NCBI GenBank assembly: GCA_963816355.1
Contig: CAWFKH010000003.1
Span: 960,001-1,024,000 of the forward strand
Source of the DNA: an uncultured Gemmatimonadales bacterium
GTDB taxonomy: Bacteria > Gemmatimonadota > Gemmatimonadetes > Longimicrobiales > RSA9
Length of the DNA: 64,000 nucleotides
Direction of reading: 5' to 3'
The notes beneath the pieces were generated by a model, which worked only from the letters and a program-made list of their open reading frames with translations, did no database searches and was not told the DNA's origin. Position numbers and translations under genes: made by a program. Every line of letters starts with the position of its first letter. Position 1 is the first letter of the stretch. Positions 10,268-19,979 of the stretch are shown piece by piece.

Positions 10268-10777
10268 ATGTCGGATCACCGTACGCTCTTCGAAGAGGCG
10301 CTCGGCGGCTGGAAGGTCTGCCGCGACCTGACCATCGCCGAACTGGAGAACATCCCCGGCGATCGCCTCGATTATCGACCCGCGCCGGAGAGCCGTACGC
10401 TCGCCGAGCTGGTCCTCCACATCGCCGACTCCGGCCGCGCCTTCGCGGGCGAGGTGTCGCGCGCGAACGGCGACTTCACGCGGGTACCGCCGCCCGTGCT
10501 GTACGCCGAGTACGCCACCGGCGCCGCGCCCGACGCCGGCAGGGAAGCGCTCGTCGCGCTGCTCCGCGACAGCGGCGCCGAGAACGAGCGGCTGCTGCGC
10601 GCGGCCGGCGCGGACCACATGCTGGGCACGATGACCGGCATATTCGGGCAGAGCGTGACCCGCTTCGCGATGCTCCATTTCGCGATCGAGCACGAGTCGT
10701 ATCACCGGGGTCAGATCGCGGTCTACGCGCGGGAGCTGGGACGGGTGCCGGCGTTGACGCAGATGCTGGGGGGGTGA
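10268..10777 (+). CDS. DinB family protein
   Basis: YRPAPESRTLAELVLHI and EHESYHRGQIAVY motifs; AAGGAGG RBS. Confidence 0.9.
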   Translation: MSDHRTLFEEALGGWKVCRDLTIAELENIPGDRLDYRPAPESRTLAELVLHIADSGRAFAGEVSRANGDFTRVPPPVLYAEYATGAAPDAGREALVALLRDSGAENERLLRAAGADHMLGTMTGIFGQSVTRFAMLHFAIEHESYHRGQIAVYARELGRVPALTQMLGG

Positions 10778-10785
10778 GGTGTGGG

Positions 10786-10930
10786 ACTGCGGGATTGGAC
10801 TGCGGGATTTAACTGGGAACTGCGGGATTTAACTGCGGGATTTAACTGCGGGATTGGACTGCGGGATTTAACTGCGGGATTTAACTGCGGGATTGGACTG
10901 CGGGATTGGACTGCGGGATTTAACTGCGGG
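10786..10930. repeat. 13-bp tandem repeat ACTGCGGGATT(GG/TA), 10 full units plus partials
   Basis: Units counted directly; lies between convergent stop codons. Confidence 0.95.
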
Positions 10931-10961
10931 AAGGGTGGGCGGGTCGGTGGGGATTGGGGGG

Positions 10962-11723
10962 TCAGCGGGCCAGGTAGCCGCCGTCGACTTCGTAGCACGC
11001 GCCGGTGACGAACGAGGCGCGGTCGGAGCTCAGGAAGGCGACGACTTCGGCCACCTCGTCGGGCTCGCCGAGGCGGCCGACGGGGTGCAGGGAGACGAGC
11101 ATGTCGTGCGTGGCGGGGTCCGCGTCGAGGCCGGCGATCATCGGGGTGCGGATGAAGCCGGGCGCCACGACGTTGACGCGGATCCCCTTCGCGCCGTACT
11201 CGATCGCGGCGTCCTCCGTCAGGCCGACCACGCCGTGCTTCGCCGCCACGTAGGCGGGCGCGGTGGGGAAGGCGACCTTGCCGAGGATCGAGCCGACGTT
11301 GACGATCGAGCCGCCGCCGCCCTCCAGCATCGCGGCGATCTCGTACTTCATGCAGAAGAACACGCCCGACAGGTTCACGCCGATCACCTTCTGCCACGCG
11401 TCGAGCGTGTACTCCGCCGTCGGGTTCTGCTCGCCGCCGATCCCCGCGTTGTTGCACGCGATGTCGAGCCGGCCGTACGCGTCCACCGCCGAGCGCACGA
11501 GCGCCTCGCACTCCTCCGCGCGCGACACGTCGGCCCGCGTGAACGTCGCCTCGCCGCCCGCCTCGCCGGCGCGCCGTACCGTCTCCTCGCCGCCTTCCAC
11601 GTCGACGTCCGAGACGACGACGCGCGCCCCGCGCGCCGCGTACAGCCGCGCCACCGCCCGCCCGATCCCGGACCCCGCCCCCGTCACGATCGCGACCTTG
11701 CCTTCCAGCTCACCTGCGGACAT
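10962..11723 (-). CDS. Short-chain dehydrogenase/reductase (SDR)
   Basis: [18 protein letters not shown] catalytic motif. Confidence 0.95.
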   Translation of the reverse strand: MSAGELEGKVAIVTGAGSGIGRAVARLYAARGARVVVSDVDVEGGEETVRRAGEAGGEATFTRADVSRAEECEALVRSAVDAYGRLDIACNNAGIGGEQNPTAEYTLDAWQKVIGVNLSGVFFCMKYEIAAMLEGGGGSIVNVGSILGKVAFPTAPAYVAAKHGVVGLTEDAAIEYGAKGIRVNVVAPGFIRTPMIAGLDADPATHDMLVSLHPVGRLGEPDEVAEVVAFLSSDRASFVTGACYEVDGGYLAR

Positions 11724-11794
11724 CAGCCCCTCCTCTCACTGAAGAACGGATCCCGCGGCGAAGCGATGCCGCGAGAAGCGCGTCCGCCGCTCGC

Positions 11795-13831
11795 TCACCC
11801 GCCGCTCCACGCGTTGTTTCCTCGCTGCGTGTCCGGGAGCGCCGAGCGCGGATCCACCACGGCCGCCGTCACCGGCACCTTTCCCGGCACGCGGTAGACG
11901 AAGCGGTCGCCCAGGTTCCAGGCGTCGACCGGCAGCCGCACCGTCCGCTTCGTGCCGTCCGCGAACGTCAGCCCGAGCTCGAGCGGCATCGCCATGCGGC
12001 CGCGGTTCGAGAGGTGGATGTCGGAGCCGCCGTCGGGGCGGCGCGTCACGGAGTCGACCGCCTGATCGAGCCGCGCCGTCTCGTAGATCCACTCCCGCCA
12101 GAACCAGTCCAGATCGACGCCGGACTCGTCACGCATGGTGCGGAAGAAGTCCGCCGGCGTGGGATGGCGGAACGCCCACGCGCGGATGTAGGCGCGGAAG
12201 GCACGGTCGAAGCGCGCGGGGCCGAGCACCTGCTCGCGCAGCATCTGCATCATCAGTGCCGGCTTGCGGTAGCCGGTCCAGAACAGGTCGCGCTGCTCCA
12301 CCGGCCGATCGATCAGCGGCTGCTCCTCGCCGGGAATCGCGTGCGACGCGTACAGGTGCAGCGGCGTGAGGGCGAGCGTATCGCCGTACGGCGTGCCGCG
12401 GAAGTAGGCCTGCGCGCCGCCGATGTCGATGTAGGTGTTGAAGCCCTCGTCCATCCACGGGTAGAGCCGCTCGTTCGAGCCGACGACCATCGGGAACCAC
12501 TCGTGTCCGAACTCGTGCATCAGCGTCCACTGCAGATCCTCCCGCGTGCCGCCCGCCGGCACGAACGTCAGCATCGGGTACTCCATCCCCTCGATCGGCC
12601 CCTCCACCGTCGTCGCGTGCGGGTACGGATAGCGGTACCAGCGCTCGCTGAAGTGCGCGATCGCCGCGCGCGCCATGCGGATCGCCTCCGTCCACCGCGT
12701 CGCCGACGGCCGGTACAGCGTCTCCACGCGGATGCCGTCGTAGCCGACCGCATCCCAGCGCAGGTTCGGGCCCGCGGCGAACGCGAAATCGCGCACGCTG
12801 TCCGCGGTGAAGCGCCACGTCAGCGTGCCGGACGTCGTCGGTCGCGACGTCGGCTTGCCCGCCTCCGCCGCGCTCACGATCGCCACCGGCTCCTCGCTGC
12901 TCGCCGCGCGCGCCAGCCGGCTGCGCTGCTCCGCCGTCAGCACCGCCTCCGGGTTCTTCAGCCGCCCCGTCGCCGCCACGAGGTAGCTCGCCGGCACCGT
13001 CAGCGCGACGTCGAAGCGGCCGTACTCGAGGTAGAACTCGCCCGCGCCAATGTACGGCTCCGGGTTCCAGCCGCGCACGTCGTCGTACACCGCGAGCCGC
13101 GGATACCACTGCGCGATCTCGTAGAGCGGACCGTCGTGGCCCATGCGTCCCGCGCCGTACGCCGGCACGTCGAAGTGCCATGCGACGTCGATGTCGGCCG
13201 CCTCACCGGGCGCGAGCGCGCGCGGCAGCTCGACGCGCATCGTCGTCCCGCTCACCTCGTGATCGAGGTCCACGCCGCCGGCCCGGATCGACTCCAGCAC
13301 GTCGCCGCCACGGAATCCCTCGCACGAGAAGTCGAAGCTCACGTCCTGGAAGACGAGCGGCGGCTGGTTGAGCTGGTTCGTCACGCTCTCCGGCGCGCAG
13401 ATGTTCTGCTCCAGGAACATCCATACGTAGCGCAGCGTGTCCGGCGAGCGGTTGACGTAGTGGATCGTCTCCCGCCCGCTTACGCGGTTCGCCGCCGGGT
13501 CCAGCGTCGCGTCGATCCGATAGTCGACCTCCTGCTGCCAGTAGCCCGGCCCCGGCCGGCCCGAGCCGCTCCGGTACGCGTTCGGCGCCGGCAGGTCGAG
13601 CGGCCGGAACAGCGACGTGTCGGCGACGGAGCCGGAGACCGCGGCGGCGGGTGCCGCGATCGCGGGGGCGGAGGTCGCGGGGCGTGCCTGCGCCGCCAGC
13701 GGCCCGGCGAGGGCGAGAATCGCGGCCGCGGCGGCAAGCCGAGCGAGCGCCCGAGCGTGCGCGGCGACGCGCGGGAACGCGGGGGTCGCGAGGGAGGGAA
13801 GGGAGGCGGTCGCCATCCGGGGCGGCTTCAT
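11795..13831 (-). CDS. Secreted M1 family metallopeptidase
   Basis: GMEYP, HEFGHEWFP and WMDEGFNTY motifs; signal peptide; start could be 13816. Confidence 0.92.
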   Translation of the reverse strand: MKPPRMATASLPSLATPAFPRVAAHARALARLAAAAAILALAGPLAAQARPATSAPAIAAPAAAVSGSVADTSLFRPLDLPAPNAYRSGSGRPGPGYWQQEVDYRIDATLDPAANRVSGRETIHYVNRSPDTLRYVWMFLEQNICAPESVTNQLNQPPLVFQDVSFDFSCEGFRGGDVLESIRAGGVDLDHEVSGTTMRVELPRALAPGEAADIDVAWHFDVPAYGAGRMGHDGPLYEIAQWYPRLAVYDDVRGWNPEPYIGAGEFYLEYGRFDVALTVPASYLVAATGRLKNPEAVLTAEQRSRLARAASSEEPVAIVSAAEAGKPTSRPTTSGTLTWRFTADSVRDFAFAAGPNLRWDAVGYDGIRVETLYRPSATRWTEAIRMARAAIAHFSERWYRYPYPHATTVEGPIEGMEYPMLTFVPAGGTREDLQWTLMHEFGHEWFPMVVGSNERLYPWMDEGFNTYIDIGGAQAYFRGTPYGDTLALTPLHLYASHAIPGEEQPLIDRPVEQRDLFWTGYRKPALMMQMLREQVLGPARFDRAFRAYIRAWAFRHPTPADFFRTMRDESGVDLDWFWREWIYETARLDQAVDSVTRRPDGGSDIHLSNRGRMAMPLELGLTFADGTKRTVRLPVDAWNLGDRFVYRVPGKVPVTAAVVDPRSALPDTQRGNNAWSGG

Positions 13832-14035
13832 CGCGGTCTCCGGCGGTGCGAGGGGAGCTCGGCTGCGGCGTCGTCCGAAGATGCGGGGGCGCGGAGGCGG
13901 CGGCAATCCACGTTCGTGAGGACGCGGAGGGGCTCGGCGGTTTCGCCGATCGTTACGCTTGCCGCGCCCTCCCACCGCGCCTAGCTTCGACCCCGGCCCA
14001 CCGTCCTTCCGCGTCCTCCACACCGACGAAGATCC

Positions 14036-15487
14036 ATGCAAACGATCCACGACGTGATCTCCGCGACCAGCGGCTTCGTGTGGGGCGCGCCGATGCTCAT
14101 CCTGCTGGTGGGGACGGGCATCTACCTCACGCTCCTGCTGAAGGGCCTGCAGTTCCGGCAGCTCCTGCCGTCGCTGTACTACGCGCTGATCAAGCGGAAG
14201 GAGGAAGGCGCCGAGGGCGACATCTCCCACTTCCAGGCGCTCATGACCGCGCTCGCGGCGACGGTCGGCGTCGGCAACATCGCGGGCGTCGCCACCGCCA
14301 TCGCCGCCGGCGGCCCGGGCGCCCTCTTCTGGATGTGGATGACCGGCCTCTTCGGCATGGCGACCAAGTTCTCCGAGGCCGTGCTGGGCGTGAAGTACCG
14401 CGAGGTCGACGCGCGCGGCAACATGGCGGGCGGCCCGATGTACTACCTGCGCGACGGCGTCGGCGGCTGGTTCGGCAAGACGCTCGGCTTCCTCTTCGCG
14501 CTCTTCGCCGCCTTCGCCACCTTCGGCATCGGCTCGATGGTGCAGTCGAATTCCGTCGCCGACGCGCTGCAGAGCGCCTTCGGCGTGCCGCCGCTGTGGA
14601 CCGCCGCCGTCATCGCGGCGCTCGCCGCGCTCGTGATCCTCGGCGGCATCCGCTCGATCGGCCGCGTCACCGGCTTCTTCGTGCCGATCATGATCGTCTT
14701 CTACATCGTCGGCGGGCTGATCGTCCTCGCCGTCAACTGGCGCGGCCTGCCCGCCATCGTCAGCGCGGTCTTCGGCGGCGCCTTCACGCCGACCGCGGCG
14801 ATCGGCGGCTTCGCCGGTGCCGGCGTGCGCGCCGGCATCCGCTGGGGCGTCGCGCGCGGCGTCTTCTCCAACGAGTCCGGCCTCGGCACCGGCGGCATCG
14901 CCGCCGCCGCCGCCCAGACCACGGAGCCGGTGCGCCAGGCGCTCGTCTCCATGACGCAGACCTTCATCGACACCATCGTCGTCTGCTCCATCACCGGCTT
15001 CGCCATCATCGCCACCGGCGCCTGGACCCGCGTCGACCCGATCACCGGCGCCGCCTTCACCGGCGCGCCGCTCACCGCACAGGCCTTCGAGACCGGCCTG
15101 CCCGGCACCTTCGGCGACGCCATCGTCGCCCTCGGCCTCGCCTTCTTCGCCTTCTCCACCATCCTCGGCTGGGGTTACTACGGCGAACGCGCCATCGAGT
15201 ACCTCCTCGGCGAGCGCGCCATCAAGCCGTACCGCGTCGTCTTCATCGCCAGCGCCTTCCTCGGCGCTGCCGTCCTCCAGCTCGCCGCCCAGCAGCGCCA
15301 GGGGTTCCAGCTCGTGTGGGACTTCTCCGACGTCATGAACGGCGCCATGGCGATCCCCAACCTGATCGGCCTCCTCATCCTCTCGCCCGTCATCCTCCGC
15401 GAGACACGCGGCTATTTCCAGCGCGATCGCGCCGCCGACGGCGGCCCCGGGGACAGGGTCCCGGCCGCGGCCGGCGACCCGGTTTGA
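14036..15487 (+). CDS. Sodium:alanine/glycine symporter (AGCS family)
   Basis: [42 protein letters not shown]. Confidence 0.95.
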   Translation: MQTIHDVISATSGFVWGAPMLILLVGTGIYLTLLLKGLQFRQLLPSLYYALIKRKEEGAEGDISHFQALMTALAATVGVGNIAGVATAIAAGGPGALFWMWMTGLFGMATKFSEAVLGVKYREVDARGNMAGGPMYYLRDGVGGWFGKTLGFLFALFAAFATFGIGSMVQSNSVADALQSAFGVPPLWTAAVIAALAALVILGGIRSIGRVTGFFVPIMIVFYIVGGLIVLAVNWRGLPAIVSAVFGGAFTPTAAIGGFAGAGVRAGIRWGVARGVFSNESGLGTGGIAAAAAQTTEPVRQALVSMTQTFIDTIVVCSITGFAIIATGAWTRVDPITGAAFTGAPLTAQAFETGLPGTFGDAIVALGLAFFAFSTILGWGYYGERAIEYLLGERAIKPYRVVFIASAFLGAAVLQLAAQQRQGFQLVWDFSDVMNGAMAIPNLIGLLILSPVILRETRGYFQRDRAADGGPGDRVPAAAGDPV

Positions 15488-15553
15488 GCTGACCTACGCA
15501 CTCCGGCGTCCATGCCGCCGCGCCCCGCCGGCAGGATTTGGATTTGAACGGTT

Positions 15554-15708
15554 CCGCGCGGCTACGTCGTCTGGAACCTCGCCCGCAACGGCGACCTCCT
15601 CGCCTCCTACCAGGACCCCGACACCGACGAGGACGTCGTGGCGCGCCTGCGCATGCGCGTGCGGTGAAGTGTCCGCGGCGCGATTTGGACGGTTCCGCAA
15701 CCCCATGC
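15554..15708 (+). repeat. Orphan copy of the beta-propeller gene 3' end plus downstream flank (also 17349-17462 and 20847-21001)
   Basis: 155-bp match to 20847-21001 with 2 mismatches; first 114 bp identical to 17349-17462. Confidence 0.95.
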
Positions 15709-15727
15709 CGCAGCGGCGGTTACGGGG

Positions 15728-15760
15728 TGCCATAATCCTCAGATGATTTTCAGATGATTT
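15728..15760 (+). promoter_or_regulatory. Possible extended -10 (TGcCATAAT) followed by tandem 11-bp repeat TCAGATGATTT x2
   Basis: AT-rich patch ~20 bp upstream of the regulator ATG. Confidence 0.4.
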
Positions 15761-15781
15761 TTCCATCCCACCTTTGGCGGC

Positions 15782-16477
15782 ATGATCATCCTCGTGGGGA
15801 TCCGGCCGACGGCTCCGCGCCCCGGAGTGCGCCTGCTGTCGACGTTGCCGCCGCCGTCGGACCGTCGCTTCACCGGCGCCATCTTGGCGTGCCGAGGCCG
15901 CGACGGGCTGCGCCGCACCGTGCGGTGGGTTCGCGACGTGCGCGCGGAGCGCCGTCACCTGCCTCTCGGCATCGTCGCGGCGATCGAGGAGCCGGCGTTG
16001 CGCGACCTTCTCATGGAGGCTCTCAAGGTGGAACTGATCGAGCCCACTGAAGTGGCCGGTGGCGTGCCGCGAAAGCTCGTCGACGGGCTGATCGACCGCA
16101 CGGTCGTGCCGCGGATCCTGGAGCAGTGGGAGGACGCGCTCGGGCAGCCGCCCACGGAGCTTGCTCCCGTGCTCCTGACGATCGCCTCGGCGGGTGCGAG
16201 CGCCAGGTCGCTCCCGGCCGCGCTGCGCGAGTCCGGATGGTCGCGCTCGACCGCCTATCGGATGCTCGACCACGCCCGCATGCCGTCGCCGGGGGTGCTG
16301 TGGCGACACGCCCGCGTGGCGGCGGTCGACACCCGGGTCGCGAACGGCGAGGCACGCCACGACGCGCTTCGCGCCAGCGGCTGGTCGTCGCCAAAGGATT
16401 TCCAGCGCGCCCGCGCGCGCCTGGCCGCGTCCCCGCCCCCGTTCCTCCACTGCACTCATTCAGGCGCATCGGCATGA
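15782..16477 (+). CDS. Putative AraC-like HTH transcriptional regulator
   Basis: C-terminal GWSRSTAYRML..MPSPGVLWRHARV..ASGWSSPKDFQRA resembles a degenerate double HTH; ATGA overlap with the next gene. Confidence 0.55.
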   Translation: MIILVGIRPTAPRPGVRLLSTLPPPSDRRFTGAILACRGRDGLRRTVRWVRDVRAERRHLPLGIVAAIEEPALRDLLMEALKVELIEPTEVAGGVPRKLVDGLIDRTVVPRILEQWEDALGQPPTELAPVLLTIASAGASARSLPAALRESGWSRSTAYRMLDHARMPSPGVLWRHARVAAVDTRVANGEARHDALRASGWSSPKDFQRARARLAASPPPFLHCTHSGASA

Positions 16478-17462
16478 CTCTCGACCGTCCAAACGCTTCG
16501 CCCTCCTCCTCGCCCTCGCGGCCCCCGCGCACGCGCAGACCGTCCACGTCAATGAGCTGTGGAGGACGACGGGCCCGCACGACAACCAGTTCACCGCGGT
16601 CGGCGGCGTCGCGGAAGCTCCGGATGGCCGCATCTGGGTCTCCGACACCCCCGCGGGCCAGGTGCTCGCGATCGCCGCCGACGGCTCGAAGGGGAAGATC
16701 GTCCTTCGCACCGGCAGCGGTCCCGGCGAGGTGAAATTCCCCGACAGACTCGCGCCGACTCCGGAGGGCGGCGTCGCGGTCTTCGACTACGGCCGCGCCG
16801 GCGCCCTCCTCTTCGGACCGGACGGCGCGTTCGTGCGCCTCATCCGATTCCCCTTCCAGGCGGACAACATCAAAGGCTTCGCCGTCCTGGACGACGGCGA
16901 CCTCCTCGTCAGCGGCGGAGTAACCGGAAGGCCCACGGCGATCCATCGCTTCGATGCGAACGGCAAGCTCGTCGCCGAGTGGTTCCACGTGCCGAAGACC
17001 GAGGATCCCCGGACCGGCGTCTACATCGCCGGTGGCGCCCTCTCCGCGGCCAGCGGCCATACCTTCCTCTTCTCCCAGGCGGCGCCCCACCTCATCCTCC
17101 GCTACCACCCCGACGGCCGCGCCGACACACTCGCCGCCGATCCCTCGATCCTCGACCCGATCGGCGACGATTTCATCATCAGCAACGGGCCGCGCTGGAT
17201 CCGCTACCGCTGGAACTTCCCCCAGTCGCGCGGCGTCTTCGAGCTGGCGGACCATCGCATCCTGAACGTCATCACCATCCGCGAGGAGCACCGCTCCATC
17301 TGGCAGGTGTACTCGCCCGCGGGGAAGCTTCTCGCCCAGACGACGCTGCCGCGCGGCTACGTCGTCTGGAACCTCGCCCGCAACGGCGACCTCCTCGCCT
17401 CCTACCAGGACCCCGACACCGACGAGGACGTCGTGGCGCGCCTGCGCATGCGCGTGCGGTGA
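16474..17462 (+). CDS. Secreted 6-bladed (NHL/TolB-like) beta-propeller, paralog A; apparent frameshift just after ATG 16474
   Basis: Signal peptide KRFALLLALAAPAHA, GRIWVSD and GSGPGEV blade motifs. Confidence 0.8.
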
Positions 17463-17834
17463 CGGCGCGGCCGCTCCTGGCCTTCTTGGCGTTCGTCGCC
17501 ATCGCGAGGCCGCGGCGCCCGTGCGCGATCAAGGAGCAGAGCGGGGATCGAGCGATGTGCGGCCGCGCCTGCACGAACCGCGAGCCGTTCGCTCCTGCGT
17601 CCGTGGACGCGAAGTTCCGCAGCTCAAGGACCTCGAACTCCCTCATGACGACACGCCGCGCCGGCATACAGAGTGAGACGATTTGCCCCCGCCCGTGAAC
17701 AGAATTGGCGGTTGCGGCTCCCGGCCGGAGCTTGAACGTTAGAGGGTAGTCCGACCTGCCGCTGCCGCCGACCGTGACAGGCTCGTGGTCCAGCCGATGC
17801 GCCTGTGTGACCTCAACCAAAGGAGACGACAATC

Positions 17835-18084
17835 ATGCGCTACGTAATGCTCGCTGTGCTCCTTGCGTGTGCCACATCGATCGCAATACCTCGACCCCGT
17901 GGAGGCACAAAGCGGCTGTCCCTGGTGCACAACGCCAACAAAATGTGAGCTGATCGATCAAAGTGCTGCCGACTCCTGTCAGATCGACCAGACAGGCGAG
18001 TGTCAAAACGGCCATGGCTTCTGCATTCTGGTAATGAACGATGCCGCGAAGATGCTCGACGTGGACCCCGCGTCATTCAAATGA
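17835..18084 (+). CDS. Small secreted six-cysteine peptide; apparent +1 frameshift in CCCC at ~17895; possibly truncated by the IS
   Basis: AGGAG RBS at 17821. Removing one C gives MRYVMLAVLLACATSIAIPRPVEA|QSGCPWCTTPTKCELIDQSAADSCQIDQTGECQNGHGFCILVMND... Confidence 0.6.
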
Positions 18085-18085
18085 A

Positions 18086-19844
18086 TCTGCCATATTCACC
18101 ACGCGTAGCTTGAGGGGTCTGAGGGCGTGATTTCGAGTTTGGAGCGCCGCGGACGTGGCGGCGAGGCTGATTTCGGGGACAGGCCCCCTTTCCCCCGGGC
18201 GCGCCGCCGACGGCTCGTTGCTCCTCAGCTCCCCGCCCAAGGGTGCTACGCCGGCGTGGGCAGGGCCAGGGTGGCGGGGGAGCCGCGTGCCGGGTGACGT
18301 CGGTTCAGCTCTCGCCAGAATCGCTGCCACACGTGCGCGCGGGCGGCTTCGATGACGAGCGTGATGCGCCGGCCATGAAGGAGCACGCGGCCGGCCGCCT
18401 TGAGCACCAGCTGGCGGAAGCGCTGCCGGGTCATGACATGGCGTTCGTCCGCAGAGGCGAGCTCGGCGCCGGCGCGCAGCAGATTGGCCGCGACGAGGCT
18501 CAGCAGCAGGCGCGCCTCGTTGGCGCCGAAGCTGTCGGTCTGCGGCTCGGGGGTGGCGATGGTCCGCCCGCGGTAGTGCTGCTTGGGCCGCGGCGCGGAC
18601 GAGAGCGCCAGCGCCAGCGTGCTCTTCCAGTCGCCGAAGTCGCGCTCGGCTTCGCCCCGCGCCCGGTAGCGCTCCAGCAGCGCCGGGCCATCCACCTCCT
18701 GGGCACTCGCGTTGGTGAGCAGGAAGAAATGATCGAGGAAGAGCTCCCCCTGCTCGTCGGAGCGCTCCAGCACCACCAGCACCACCCGGCGCGAGCGGTC
18801 CCAGCGCGCCGCGCTGTAGACCAGCTCGTGCGTCCAGACCCGACCCTCGGCCGGCGGGTGTCCAGGCGGCCGCCTCAGGTACGGCGCCGCGAGCTTCCCC
18901 AGGCGGGCGTTGCCGCGCAGGCGCGCCACGTAGCGCACGCCCTCATCTTCCAGCGTCGCGAGCAGCTCATTCTCCGGGAACCCCGCGTCCATGCGCAGCC
19001 ATACCCGCTCCGCCTGCGTCCTGGCCCAGAGCACGGCCGGGATCACGAACGCCAGCGCCCCGTGCGCCGTGTGCGCGTTCCCCTCCCGCAGCTCGGCCGC
19101 CAGAAAGTCCCCCAGTTCCCAACGCAGCACCAACGGATGGTAGCAGCGATAACCGTAGTGCCCGTTCCAGGCGCTCCCCGGCTGTAGCCCGTGCACCTCC
19201 ACCGGCAGGGAGTCCAGATCCAGCGTGACTTCTGCCAGGCGCGGAGCGTGGCGGCCCCGCCGCCGCTCTGCCCCCGCCCGCAGCAGCGCGGACAGCCCCC
19301 GCCGGTTGCGCAGGCCGGCCAGCATTGCGAGCAGCCGCGAGAAGGTCGGCTGCGAGGCCAGCCCCGAGGCCGCCCCCGCAGCCCCGCCCCGCACCGGCGC
19401 CGTCCCCCGCCGCCGCGACACCGCCAGGCGCAGCGCCGGATCGGCGCGTAGCAGGTCCGCATCCCGCTGGTCCGTCCAGCCCTGCGCCAAGAGGAGCACC
19501 TGCGTGAGCACCAGCTCGAGGAAGTCGTGCCTGACGCGCCCCGCGTTCCGCAGATCCTGCAGGTGCCGCCGCACGAGTGCGGGGAAGCCCAGCCGCCCCA
19601 GCAGCGAGCGCAGCAGCACCGCGCCCGCGTCCGAGGTCAGCCGCTCCGGCCGCGCCTCCACCCGCACCGAACGGTTGAAATCCAGCCGGAAAAGCGTACC
19701 TTGTTCTTCACCCATGGCGTGTTCTTCGTCGGAGCAGGTAACAATGCTGTCTCGCAACCGCATCTTACTGCCACTTCGAAGGATGCGCCATGTGGCTTCC
19801 CGGCCACACTATCCCTCCGCTACCTCACTCGTGAATACGGCAGG
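18086..19844 (-). mobile_element. IS1380 family insertion sequence
   Basis: Terminal inverted repeats TCTGCCATATTCAC (18086-18099) and GTGAATACGGCAGG (19831-19844) around the transposase; no clean target duplication seen. Confidence 0.88.
18246..19715 (-). CDS. IS1380 family DDE transposase
   Basis: LTSDAGAVLL, LDLDS, NGHYGYRCYHPL, RMDAGF, YRARGEAE motifs. Confidence 0.92.
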   Translation of the reverse strand: MGEEQGTLFRLDFNRSVRVEARPERLTSDAGAVLLRSLLGRLGFPALVRRHLQDLRNAGRVRHDFLELVLTQVLLLAQGWTDQRDADLLRADPALRLAVSRRRGTAPVRGGAAGAASGLASQPTFSRLLAMLAGLRNRRGLSALLRAGAERRRGRHAPRLAEVTLDLDSLPVEVHGLQPGSAWNGHYGYRCYHPLVLRWELGDFLAAELREGNAHTAHGALAFVIPAVLWARTQAERVWLRMDAGFPENELLATLEDEGVRYVARLRGNARLGKLAAPYLRRPPGHPPAEGRVWTHELVYSAARWDRSRRVVLVVLERSDEQGELFLDHFFLLTNASAQEVDGPALLERYRARGEAERDFGDWKSTLALALSSAPRPKQHYRGRTIATPEPQTDSFGANEARLLLSLVAANLLRAGAELASADERHVMTRQRFRQLVLKAAGRVLLHGRRITLVIEAARAHVWQRFWRELNRRHPARGSPATLALPTPA

Positions 19845-19979
19845 ATAACAACGGTGAACTCCTAGTGATGCCCAATATATCATCAGACGAGTGGCATAGG
19901 ATAAAATGGGTTGTTGCCGTCTAGCGCGGCTCAATAAGCACGTCTTCATCTGACCTCCTCCGGGCGCATCGGTATGATC

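Noticed and set aside
10786..10930. CRISPR array
   Set aside because: Units are contiguous 13-mers with no unique spacers; no cas genes
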